The notes under the pieces: generated by a model
What the model was told of the DNA's origin: nothing
The model's database searches: none
What the model saw: the letters and a program-made list of their open reading frames with translations, nothing else
Made by a program: the position numbers and the translations under genes
Origin: Alphaproteobacteria bacterium
GTDB lineage: Bacteria; Pseudomonadota; Alphaproteobacteria; RS24
Reading direction: 5' to 3'
Assembly (NCBI GenBank): GCA_965662735.1
Contig: CBFIIU010000010.1
Span: 11,553-75,552 of the forward strand
DNA: 64,000 bases
In this document: in pieces, positions 10,558 through 18,846 of the stretch
Layout: each line of letters opens with the position of its first letter
Position numbering within the stretch: position 1 is the first letter of the stretch

Positions 10558-11763
10558 TTACTGGGGACGCTCTAGCCCGATTTGCACAACATCGATGCTG
10601 CCCGTGTTAAAACCCGCTTCGCAGTATGAGAGATAGTAGCACCACATATTTTTAAAGCGCTCGTCAAAACCCATTTTACTTAATTTCGGCCAGGCCTCTA
10701 AAAATTGCTTTTTCCAAAGGGCGAGGGTGCGCGCATAATCCGCTCCGAAATGTTCGCAAGCATACTCACGCAGCTCTGCCATATGAAACTGTTCACGTAG
10801 TTTGGGCAGGCTTGGTAACATGCCTCCTGGAAAAATGTAGCGCTGAATAAAATCGGCGCCCTTGCTATATCGGTCGAAATCTTGATCGTGAATGGTAATG
10901 ATTTGAAGGGCCGCCTTACCTCCCGGTTTCAGCACATCGCGGATTTTAGAAAAATAAACGGGCCAGTATTTTTGGCCAACCGCTTCGAACATTTCAATGG
11001 AAACAACCCGATCATATTTTTCTGTGACGTCTCGGTAATCTTGAAAATGAACGGAGGCGTGGTTGCCGGCGGCGCTGTCGCGCAACCGATTTTGGGCATA
11101 GGCAAATTGCTCTTGTGATATCGTAATGCCGGCCAAGTTACAGCCAATATGGTGCCCTGCATATACTGCAAAGCCACCCCAACCGCAGCCGATTTCAAGG
11201 ACATTATGCTCGGCTTCAAGGTTTGCAATGCGCGCAATCGCAGCATATTTTTGCTCCTGTGCTTTTTCGAGCGACTGATTTTTGCGTGTAAATCGGGCCG
11301 ATGAGTATGTCATGGAGGGGTCGAGCCATTCGGCATAAAACTCATTGCCGAGGTCATAATGGGCCTGAATATTGCGCCGGGCGCCGCGGCGGCTATTGGG
11401 TCTTAAAACATGGATCAGCCGGCTCATCGCCGTTAAGATCGGGTTTCGGTCGATCCGGCTGCGTAAGTCCTCGAGGTTTTGGGCCAGCAGCGTCAGCAGC
11501 GCTGATAAATCATCGGTTTGAACAACGCCGTTCATATAGGCTTCTGCGAACCCCATCGTACCCCCTCGGATAATCTGGGTGAGGGCATTCTCATCTACAA
11601 AAATCAAATGCGCGCGCAGTGTCTCTGTTTCTTTCCCGTAATGGCGCGTCGTGCCATTGGGGTAGGTGACCGTAAGATAGCCGATATGGATATGCGCCAA
11701 AACACGATCAATAAAGCGATCCTTAAATGACATCGAACGTGAAGAGCTATGAGGTGATGTCAT
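10558..11763 (-). CDS. cfa: cyclopropane-fatty-acyl-phospholipid synthase family SAM methyltransferase (UfaM-like)
   Basis: 401-aa ORF with SAM motif VLEIGCGWGGFAVYA and Cfa-type C-terminus WCYYLSYCEAGF. Its start overlaps the DUF1365 gene stop by 4 nt. Confidence 0.85.
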   Translation of the reverse strand: MTSPHSSSRSMSFKDRFIDRVLAHIHIGYLTVTYPNGTTRHYGKETETLRAHLIFVDENALTQIIRGGTMGFAEAYMNGVVQTDDLSALLTLLAQNLEDLRSRIDRNPILTAMSRLIHVLRPNSRRGARRNIQAHYDLGNEFYAEWLDPSMTYSSARFTRKNQSLEKAQEQKYAAIARIANLEAEHNVLEIGCGWGGFAVYAGHHIGCNLAGITISQEQFAYAQNRLRDSAAGNHASVHFQDYRDVTEKYDRVVSIEMFEAVGQKYWPVYFSKIRDVLKPGGKAALQIITIHDQDFDRYSKGADFIQRYIFPGGMLPSLPKLREQFHMAELREYACEHFGADYARTLALWKKQFLEAWPKLSKMGFDERFKNMWCYYLSYCEAGFNTGSIDVVQIGLERPQ

Positions 11764-12620
11764 AGGGAGACCTTTTCTGCGGTTGAGGGTTTTTTATAAA
11801 TCGGTATGCGTTTCATCCATAAGCGTAATGCCTCAAGGTGGATTCCTGCAATCACTTTCAATGTCATCAGAGGATATCGAAACAAAACTTTGATGATTGT
11901 TCGCGATGTGAAGGCCCGGCGCTGACCGACAAAACTCGTGATCAGAAGTGGCTTGTGATCGACAGTCTCACGAATAACGAGCCGCAAATGGCGATCCGGT
12001 TTTGCTGTCGAAAATACGTAATCGGCCTCCATGCCGATAAAAGGGGACACATGAAATTGTTTGTGATGCGTGTGATGGTTTGGGGCCCCTTTAGTCCTTA
12101 AATCACTCACATAGATGTGCGACTCGCCAAATGTATTGCGCACTTCATAGACCACACTGGTGAGCTGGCCGTGTTGAAGGGCATAGTAAACCGATAGCGG
12201 ATTAAACACATAGCCGAGCATGCGCGGATAGCACATGAGCAACACACGATCGGCCTGAGGCAAACCATGTTTCTGCAAGAGCTGATCGACAAAAACCCGC
12301 GGCGAGCTGCCGTCGTGAAAACCATGGTCGCGATAGTGAAAAGACAGCCAGTTAAACCGATTAACCGAGAAAAACCGAAGATCCTTTGCCTCGTCTTCAA
12401 TGCAATCCAAATCCAGCAGCATTGAAAAAACACCATAGCGGAAGCGGTGCCGCTTTGGGGCATAGCGGGCGTGCCGCACCTCCCCAAGATAAACAGCGCT
12501 CGCCGTATCGTTCTCGGTATCGATCTTGGTGTCGATCTCGCTGTCGATTGCGGTGCCGATTGCTGTGTCAGTGGCGGTATCAGGCACAGTACCAAAGGCT
12601 GTTCCGCGGTTGGTCATCAT
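11760..12620 (-). CDS. DUF1365 family protein (UfaO-like) with low-complexity N-terminal extension
   Basis: 286-aa ORF. The core GEVRHARYAPKRHRFRYGVFSMLLDLD...FNWLSFHYRDHG is typical of DUF1365. It is preceded by about 40 aa of Thr/Asp/Ile-rich repeats. Confidence 0.75.
   Translation of the reverse strand: MMTNRGTAFGTVPDTATDTAIGTAIDSEIDTKIDTENDTASAVYLGEVRHARYAPKRHRFRYGVFSMLLDLDCIEDEAKDLRFFSVNRFNWLSFHYRDHGFHDGSSPRVFVDQLLQKHGLPQADRVLLMCYPRMLGYVFNPLSVYYALQHGQLTSVVYEVRNTFGESHIYVSDLRTKGAPNHHTHHKQFHVSPFIGMEADYVFSTAKPDRHLRLVIRETVDHKPLLITSFVGQRRAFTSRTIIKVLFRYPLMTLKVIAGIHLEALRLWMKRIPIYKKPSTAEKVSL
12516..12587 (-). repeat. six imperfect tandem 12-nt units inside the 5' end of the DUF1365 gene
   Basis: Plus strand reads ggtatcgatctt|ggtgtcgatctc|gctgtcgattgc|ggtgccgattgc|tgtgtcagtggc|ggtatcaggcac. 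It translates on the minus strand as VPDT ATDT AIGT AIDS EIDT KIDT. Confidence 0.6.
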
Positions 12621-12633
12621 TGCGTATCCTGGC

Positions 12634-13956
12634 TCATTGTGCCGCCTCGCTCACGGTTCCCTGAAGAGCTGTGTCCCATGTCAGACCAAAGTGGGGCAGC
12701 AGGTCAAGAGCCGACTGAAGCCCGTCTTCATGGAAACCATAGCCCAGCCACGCGCCGCAAAAAAACGTATGGTGTTCGCCTTGATGCGCTCGAATATCGG
12801 CTTGCGCGGCAATGGCCGGCCCATCGAATTGCGGATGGTCATAGATAAAGTGACCATATGTTTTTTGCGGATCAGGCGCGCGTTCAGGGTTTAAGGTCAC
12901 GAAGACGGGATGGCTCGGGTCAATATGTTGGAGCCGGTTCATCCAGTAGCTGACGCAGACATTTTCTGAATTGGCGGTCGCCATATAATTCCAGCTCGAC
13001 CAGACATGGGTGCGTTTCGGCATAAAGCTTCGATCATAATGCAGATAGACGTCATTCGGTCGGTAACGAATATCGCCAAGACGTCTTTGTTCCTCCGCGG
13101 TCGCGTCCCCTAAAAGCGCCTGCGCTTGATCGCTGTGACACGCGAAAATCACCGCATCGAATTCTCGCATTGACCCATCTTCAAACTGCAACGTCGCTCC
13201 GTTCAACTTGCGTGTGACACTTTTAATCTGGGAATTATACTCAATTCTGTCGCGAAAAGGTGCCGTGAGCTTTTGAACATAATTCCGGCTGCCCCCTGTA
13301 ACCGTTCGCCAGACAGGTCGGTCTTGGTCAACCAATCGGTGGTTACGAAAAAACTGAATAAGAGATTGCGCTGGAAAGTCTCCGACACTGTCATAGGGCG
13401 TGGACCAAATAGCCGCCGCCATTGGAAACAAATAGGCTTGGCGGAAAATCTCTGAGAACCCCTCCTGGGCGAGCCATTGGTCCAGTGGCAGGCTTGGGTC
13501 AATCTGAGCGTCTGCGCGGGCCAATCGATTAAACCGAACAATATCGGAGAGCATGCGCCAAAAGCGGGGCCTTAGAACATTGCGTTTCTGGGCGAACACA
13601 TGGCGCAGACTTTGTCCGGACCATTCAAAGCCCCCTTGATCGGCGGAGAAGCCAAAACTCATATCACTGGCCTGAGTGTCGACACCTATTTCTTTAAATA
13701 GGCGCACCAGGCCTGGATAGTTCAATTCATTATAGACGATAAAGCCTGTATCCACGGGTACAGATTTTCCGTCGGGGGTCGAAATATCGACCGTGGCGCT
13801 GTGGCCCCCGAGCCGCTCTCTTTTCTCAAAAAGCGTAATATGATGGTGCCGGTGCAACAGGTAAGCGGCCATATTGCCGGAGATACCAGCGCCGATAATG
13901 GCGATTTTGAGGGGGGTCTGGCGAGAGGCGAGACTTTCAGACGCAGAACGGATCAT
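12634..13956 (-). CDS. NAD/FAD-dependent oxidoreductase (amine-oxidase / desaturase-like, UfaD-like)
   Basis: 440-aa ORF with N-terminal Rossmann motif KIAIIGAGISGNMAAYLL...LFEKRERLGGH. Confidence 0.8.
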   Translation of the reverse strand: MIRSASESLASRQTPLKIAIIGAGISGNMAAYLLHRHHHITLFEKRERLGGHSATVDISTPDGKSVPVDTGFIVYNELNYPGLVRLFKEIGVDTQASDMSFGFSADQGGFEWSGQSLRHVFAQKRNVLRPRFWRMLSDIVRFNRLARADAQIDPSLPLDQWLAQEGFSEIFRQAYLFPMAAAIWSTPYDSVGDFPAQSLIQFFRNHRLVDQDRPVWRTVTGGSRNYVQKLTAPFRDRIEYNSQIKSVTRKLNGATLQFEDGSMREFDAVIFACHSDQAQALLGDATAEEQRRLGDIRYRPNDVYLHYDRSFMPKRTHVWSSWNYMATANSENVCVSYWMNRLQHIDPSHPVFVTLNPERAPDPQKTYGHFIYDHPQFDGPAIAAQADIRAHQGEHHTFFCGAWLGYGFHEDGLQSALDLLPHFGLTWDTALQGTVSEAAQ

Positions 13957-13985
13957 AAAAACGCTTACAGTTGAGTTAAAGCAGG

Positions 13986-15422
13986 TTAAGTGGCAGACTG
14001 CGGCTTATTCTTCAGACTGTCAAATGCCGCAAGGGCGCGCGCACGAGCCGCCGCATGATCGACCATCGGGGTTGGGTAGGTGTCTCCTAATTTTATGCCG
14101 GCCTGTTCGCGTTGTTCTGCGGTAGCTCCCCAAGGCGTGAATAAAAGTTTGTCGGGGAGACCCGCAACCTCAGGCACGAAGCGACGCGTGTACACCCCCC
14201 CGCCATCAAATTTCGCCCCCTGTGTGATGGGATTAAAAATTCGGAAATAAGGCGCCGCGTCGGCGCCGCTCCCGGCCACCCACTGCCAACTTGCTGTATT
14301 ATTCGCCGGGTCCGCATCGACTAATAAATCCCAAAACAAGGCTTCACCGTGTCTCCAGTCAATCATTAAATGCTTGATTAAGAATGAGGCAACGATCATG
14401 CGCACACGGTTATGGATGAAGCCGGTCTGGCGTAATTCACGCATGCCGGCATCGATGATGGGATAACCGGTCCGCGCTTCCGCCCAAGCGGCGAAACCCT
14501 CAGGGTCTTCTCGCCACGGAAAATCGTCAAATTTAGATTGCAGATTAACCGTTCCTAAATCGGGGTTTTGAAACAGAAGCTGGTAGGAAAATTCGCGCCA
14601 GCCTATCTCGCTCAAGAATTTGTCGGCATCTTTTTGCGGGATCTCACCTGCTTGGCACCGGTCAGTAACGGCATGCCAAATCCGCGCCGGTGAAATTTCT
14701 CCCCATCGTAAATGCGGTGCGAGACGCGAGGTTTCACGGGCCGGCTCGTCGCGATGTGCCGCATAACCTTGAATGAGCGCGTCGAGGAAAAGCTCCAAGC
14801 GTTCCCAAGCGCCGCGTTCGCCGGGTTTCCAATGCGCGCTCAGATGCGACTGTTGGGGCTCTGGTAACGCTCCGCTAGGCCACTTATTGGGTGCGGGGAT
14901 CACGTCAGGCTCTGACGCGGGTTGATGTCTCAATCCGCGCGCCAAGCAGGCTTTCCAAAATGGGGTAAACACTTTGAACGGAAGCCCTGTTTTATTCGTA
15001 ATGTCCCAAGGCTCAAATAAAAGATTTCCAGAGAAACTTTGAACATCTAATCCAGATTGGCTTAAGTCAGCTTTGAGGGCGGTATCGCGTGCCACGCTGA
15101 GTGGATCATAATTTCTCAGCCAATAAACGCCGCACGCACCGGTTTCCGCTATGATATTCTCTAACACGCTTTGCGCAGCGCCGCTCCTAAAGATCAGTCG
15201 GCTACCTTTTTGGCTCAAGGCTTCGTCGAGCGCGTGAAGTGACTGGTTGCGCCACCAGTTTGATGCCTCGCCGATGCGCCTCGGTGCGTCGGGATCATCG
15301 ATAAAGACAGGCACGATAGGTGAACCTGATTTCACGGCCGCACAGAGAGCGGCATGGTCATCGAGACGTAATTCTTGGCGGAACCAAACAATGATGGGTG
15401 CAGGCATAAGAGATAGCTTCAC
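13986..15422 (-). CDS. phrB: deoxyribodipyrimidine photo-lyase (CPD photolyase/cryptochrome family)
   Basis: 478-aa ORF with IVWFRQELRLDDH N-terminus, WREFSYQLL, and TGYPIIDAGMRELRQTGFIHNRVRMIVASFL. The track start is GTG 15422; ATG 15407 (MPAPIIVWF) is equally plausible. Neither has a clear SD. Confidence 0.9.
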   Translation of the reverse strand: MKLSLMPAPIIVWFRQELRLDDHAALCAAVKSGSPIVPVFIDDPDAPRRIGEASNWWRNQSLHALDEALSQKGSRLIFRSGAAQSVLENIIAETGACGVYWLRNYDPLSVARDTALKADLSQSGLDVQSFSGNLLFEPWDITNKTGLPFKVFTPFWKACLARGLRHQPASEPDVIPAPNKWPSGALPEPQQSHLSAHWKPGERGAWERLELFLDALIQGYAAHRDEPARETSRLAPHLRWGEISPARIWHAVTDRCQAGEIPQKDADKFLSEIGWREFSYQLLFQNPDLGTVNLQSKFDDFPWREDPEGFAAWAEARTGYPIIDAGMRELRQTGFIHNRVRMIVASFLIKHLMIDWRHGEALFWDLLVDADPANNTASWQWVAGSGADAAPYFRIFNPITQGAKFDGGGVYTRRFVPEVAGLPDKLLFTPWGATAEQREQAGIKLGDTYPTPMVDHAAARARALAAFDSLKNKPQSAT

Positions 15423-15694
15423 AATTGATCAGAGGATGTAACAAAAGATATAGGGCGCACAGATGTTCTGACAATGAAACAGTACTGAATTACGCGGGTA
15501 AGATGGATTTTGTTTTAAGCGTTGGAACGAATTAGCCGAGCGCAAAGGCATTATCCCAACCAATAATCATGCCGTTTTGGGGCAATTTTGCGCCAGAATA
15601 TGGGTCATTTTATGGATCGATTAGTCTGCGGGACAAGAATAAACGCGGGACGAAACACGCCTATGGAGGCGGGGCTGGCGTCGCCTCTGCTGGA

Positions 15695-15769
15695 TGGCTC
15701 CCCGGGCCGGATTCGAACCAGCGACCGAACGGTTAACAGCCGTTTGCTCTACCACTGAGCTACCGAGGA
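15695..15769 (-). tRNA. tRNA-Asn (GUU)
   Basis: Hand-folded cloverleaf on the minus strand: acceptor UCCUCGG/CCGGGGA, D arm GCUC-AGUGGUA-GAGC, anticodon arm AACGG-CUGUUAA-CCGUU, T arm GCUGG-UUCGAAU-CCGGC, discriminator G, encoded CCA. Confidence 0.9.
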
Positions 15770-15824
15770 TCATCTAGCGCAGGGGCACCTTATAACAGTG
15801 CCCCAGAGACTTGCCAAGTCCATT

Positions 15825-15898
15825 TGGAGGCCACGCCCGGAATCGAACCGGGGTTCACGGCTTTGCAGGCCGCTGCGTAACCACTCCGCCACGTGGCC
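15825..15898 (-). tRNA. tRNA-Cys (GCA)
   Basis: Minus strand GGCCACGUGGCGGAGUGGUUACGCAGCGGCCUGCAAAGCCGUGAACCCCGGUUCGAUUCCGGGCGUGGCCUCCA. Anticodon loop CUGCAAA, discriminator U, encoded CCA. Confidence 0.9.
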
Positions 15899-15912
15899 CC
15901 ATAGGCTCAGCG

Positions 15913-15941
15913 GATATAACAGGGCGCAGCTTTGGCTGCAA
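15913..15941 (-). promoter_or_regulatory. candidate sigma70-type promoter for the tRNA-Cys/tRNA-Asn unit
   Basis: Minus strand TTGCAG-N17-TATATC. The -10 element ends 14 nt upstream of tRNA-Cys position 1. Motif inspection only. Confidence 0.35.
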
Positions 15942-16028
15942 TCATTTTTGCGGGCTTCGCGCCAGTTATTTGGTCTGGTTATGCTTGACCTCAGCCCGTT
16001 ATCAACCAAATTCTGCGGCTGATTCAAT

Positions 16029-16057
16029 TTGTCATTGGAAACAGGTCAGCGTATATA
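16029..16057 (+). promoter_or_regulatory. candidate sigma70-type promoter for the pcm-like gene
   Basis: TTGTCA-N17-TATATA, followed by AGGAGG and ATG 16079. Motif inspection only. Confidence 0.4.
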
Positions 16058-16078
16058 ATGTGTGTTCAGGAGGTGGCG

Positions 16079-16765
16079 ATGAAGGCGCAGTTACAAAATT
16101 CCAGTGAAGGGTTCGCGCAAGCGCGAGTGAATATGATCGAGTGTCAAGTAAAGCCGGGTGGTGTGCGCGATACTGCCGTATGCCGTGCCATGGGGGCTAT
16201 TCCGCGCGAAGTTTTTGCCACTCCGTCGCAACGCGATATCGCCTATGCTGATTGCGCGGTTGATATGGTTGGCGACACGAACAGGCGGCAATTGGCCATG
16301 CCGCATAGTTTTGGATTAATGGTCGAGAGCGCTCAAATCCAGCCTGAAGATATCATTTTGGATATTGCAGGTGGCTCGGGTTACGCTGCTGCCGTTTTGT
16401 CAAAATTGGGTGCAACCGTTCTCGCGCTTGAATGTGATGACGAATTTTCTCAAAAATGTACTGAAATCTGGTCTTCATTGGCCATTGATAATTGTGTGTC
16501 CGTAACCGGGCCGCTTGCCGACGGGTTAAGCAAACAGGCTCCCTTCGATGTTATTTTTATCAATGGTTTTATCGAGCAAATTCCTGATGCCTTACTGGCC
16601 CAATTAGCGCCTGAGGGACGTTTGGTTTGTGTGTCGCCCCATGATGGTGCGGCGCAGCTCACGGTTATTCGGCGGGTCGACGATGTGTTTGCCCGACGTT
16701 ATGGCCCGGTGATATCGGTTCCGCGGCTACACGCGTTTGACCGTGTGCCGGAATTTTCGTTTTAA
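16079..16765 (+). CDS. protein-L-isoaspartate O-methyltransferase family protein
   Basis: The track ORF starts at 16058. ATG 16079 is preceded by AGGAGG (5-nt spacer). SAM motif ILDIAGGSGYAAAVLSKLG. It sits upstream of tolC, which as I recall is common in alphaproteobacteria. Confidence 0.75.
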   Translation: MKAQLQNSSEGFAQARVNMIECQVKPGGVRDTAVCRAMGAIPREVFATPSQRDIAYADCAVDMVGDTNRRQLAMPHSFGLMVESAQIQPEDIILDIAGGSGYAAAVLSKLGATVLALECDDEFSQKCTEIWSSLAIDNCVSVTGPLADGLSKQAPFDVIFINGFIEQIPDALLAQLAPEGRLVCVSPHDGAAQLTVIRRVDDVFARRYGPVISVPRLHAFDRVPEFSF

Positions 16766-16941
16766 AAACGTTATATAGGGCTTGGTGAACCCCTTTATTG
16801 CTTCTCGATCATGTGGGAAGCAGGGGCAGGTTGGGCGGCGCAGTTAAAGATAGTGAAGCCGATTAACGATCGAGAGAATGTGGCCGATAAGCAATAGCCG
16901 AAGGCAGGCTTTTTACTTTTGGCGACTGTCGGGGAGATCAG

Positions 16942-18336
16942 ATGATGAAATTAATGCATAAGCAAAGCCTTTTTGTAACGATGATGGCCTGCGGAATTTC
17001 CGTTTCGGCATTGGCTCAAGAAGCACCCCAGGAGACGGGGGAGGGGCTAAGCCGTCAAGCGAGTGAGATTATTGCGGCAACCTCTGACGATAATGAAAAA
17101 CGGAGCTTACTCGAAACATTGGGTTTTGCTTTGGCCAATAACTCTGAATTGGCAGCAGCCAAGTCGGAGTATTTAGCGGTTCATCGGAAACAATTCGTCT
17201 CGCTGTCGACCATGCTGCCGCAGGTGAGTGCCTTTGCACGCTATAATTATCACAAAATTGGCGAGCAAGATCCGGGCTTCGATTATGACGAATATGATGA
17301 TGATGCTTTTGGGCTGTCTGTTTCATATGACGTTTTTACCAGTGGTAAAAACTTAAACGCTTATCGCAGCGCCCGCGCGGACGTTCGAAAACAAAATCAA
17401 GACCGTTTGGCTGTTGAGCAGAACGTTTTGCTGGACGCGATTACCTCTCATTTTGATGTCGTGCGCGATGAAGCGGTTTATCAATTAAATGAGAAGAATG
17501 TCGATATTTTATCGCAGCAATTACAGGCCGTAAAAGATCGTTTTGAGGTGGGCGTTGTCACCCGAACCGATGTCGCGCAATCCGAGGCCCGTCTTGCCGC
17601 AGCGCGATCGGAACTCATTTCCGCGCAAACCAGTTTGCAAGCCTCGCGCGCTTTTTACCAGCGTACGATCGGCGTCCCCCCTGAAAATTTAGCGGAGCAG
17701 GCCAGTTTGCCCAGCTTGCCCCAAACAATTGATGACGCGTTAGATGTGGGGCGGTCGCGTAATCCATTGCTGAACGCCGCGCGCGAGAATGCACGATCGA
17801 GTGCCTTATCGGCCTATAGTGCCGTGGGTGCGGCCATGCCTCAATTAAAAGTGGCCGGAACCTATACGCGCTATGATGACCAAACGCCGAACCCCGCCCT
17901 TGGCAGACTGGAAGAGGGCGAAATTTATGAAGTCAGCGCCACCGTGACGGTGCCGTTATTTTCGGGGGGCAAGAATTTGGCAACGGTTCTGGCCGCACGC
18001 CATGCGTCAGACGCGCTTGCGAAATCTGTCCATGCAACGGCCAGTTCAGTCGACGAATCCATTGTTGTGGCGTGGCACCGTAATTTGGCGGCCGGTGCGG
18101 TTATTGGGGCTCGCGAGGAACAGATCAAGGCCTCTCAGATCGCTCTTGAAGGCGTGCGCCTCGAGAATTCTCTAGGCACCCGAACGACATTGGATGTCTT
18201 GGACGCTGAGCAAGATTATCTAGATGCGCGCGTTAATCTTATCCGCGCGCAACGCGATCAGTTTGTATCCGCCTATGGTTTGTTAGCGAGCCTCGGTGAA
18301 TTAACGGGCGCATTATTTGTTGCGGAAAACAATTGA
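16942..18336 (+). CDS. tolC: TolC family outer-membrane efflux protein
   Basis: 464-aa ORF with a signal peptide (MACGISVSALAQEA). Two repeats of the TolC-type helical/beta architecture (e.g. RFEVGVVTRTDVAQSEARLAAARSELISAQ and TRTTLDVLDAEQDYLDARVNLIRAQRD). Confidence 0.85.
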   Translation: MMKLMHKQSLFVTMMACGISVSALAQEAPQETGEGLSRQASEIIAATSDDNEKRSLLETLGFALANNSELAAAKSEYLAVHRKQFVSLSTMLPQVSAFARYNYHKIGEQDPGFDYDEYDDDAFGLSVSYDVFTSGKNLNAYRSARADVRKQNQDRLAVEQNVLLDAITSHFDVVRDEAVYQLNEKNVDILSQQLQAVKDRFEVGVVTRTDVAQSEARLAAARSELISAQTSLQASRAFYQRTIGVPPENLAEQASLPSLPQTIDDALDVGRSRNPLLNAARENARSSALSAYSAVGAAMPQLKVAGTYTRYDDQTPNPALGRLEEGEIYEVSATVTVPLFSGGKNLATVLAARHASDALAKSVHATASSVDESIVVAWHRNLAAGAVIGAREEQIKASQIALEGVRLENSLGTRTTLDVLDAEQDYLDARVNLIRAQRDQFVSAYGLLASLGELTGALFVAENN

Positions 18337-18377
18337 ATGAGTAGCGCTCATCTCGCGAATAACGTTAGACTTAAGAG

Positions 18378-18746
18378 ATGAAGATATTTGATCAGCGCCC
18401 CGATGAGCAGGTGACTGCGCGCATGGAGGAAATCCGTTCCGCGGTGGTCCGCGCTTTGGGCGATCTGGACGGACGATCGCAAGCCACATCGGCTTCGACT
18501 GAAGACCCCCGTGCAAGTGGTGTATCACCACATGCTTCGGGCGAGGCCCATGTCGAGGCCCATGTAACCGACCCCAACCCTGCGCCGGGCGATAAAAAAG
18601 TGACTTTGCTGGAGCGCACCATTATGGAAACCGTTGAGCCTTTGGTCGCCGCTTGGTTGGATCGCCATCTTCCTCACATCGTCGAGCGCATTGTGCGGGA
18701 GGAAGTCGTCCGGATTTCGCGCCGGAATGACGATCTTTCCCGTTGA
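18378..18746 (+). CDS. PopZ-like / DUF2497 domain protein (short form)
   Basis: 122-aa ORF. N-terminal MEEIRSAVVRAL helix, a Pro/Ser/acidic linker, and C-terminal LLERTIMETVEPLVAAWLDRHLPHIVERIVREEVVRISRR, which resembles the PopZ C-terminal oligomerisation domain as I remember it. Located between tolC and valS. Confidence 0.6.
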   Translation: MKIFDQRPDEQVTARMEEIRSAVVRALGDLDGRSQATSASTEDPRASGVSPHASGEAHVEAHVTDPNPAPGDKKVTLLERTIMETVEPLVAAWLDRHLPHIVERIVREEVVRISRRNDDLSR

Positions 18747-18846
18747 CCTGGTTGCTCGATTATCCCCTATCGCGACGCCGCGTCGTGCACTGGCAGTGCT
18801 TGATTGGTCGCGAAAGCTGTTGTAGATCCTGACGCCGAGGCTTTTT

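Noticed and set aside
15427-15432. TGATCA just upstream of the photolyase gene, considered as a sigmaE/ChrR-type -35 element (TGATC-like).
   Set aside because: It lies only 5-20 nt from the candidate start codons, and I could not find a convincing -10 partner. There is no matching motif upstream of the ChrR-like gene, and I do not remember the consensus precisely enough to score it.
15770-16107. Three track ORFs (15770..16027-, 15798..16022+, 15811..16107+) in the tRNA region.
   Set aside because: They run straight through the tRNA-Cys gene and its promoter region. The sequence is fully explained by two well-folding tRNAs.
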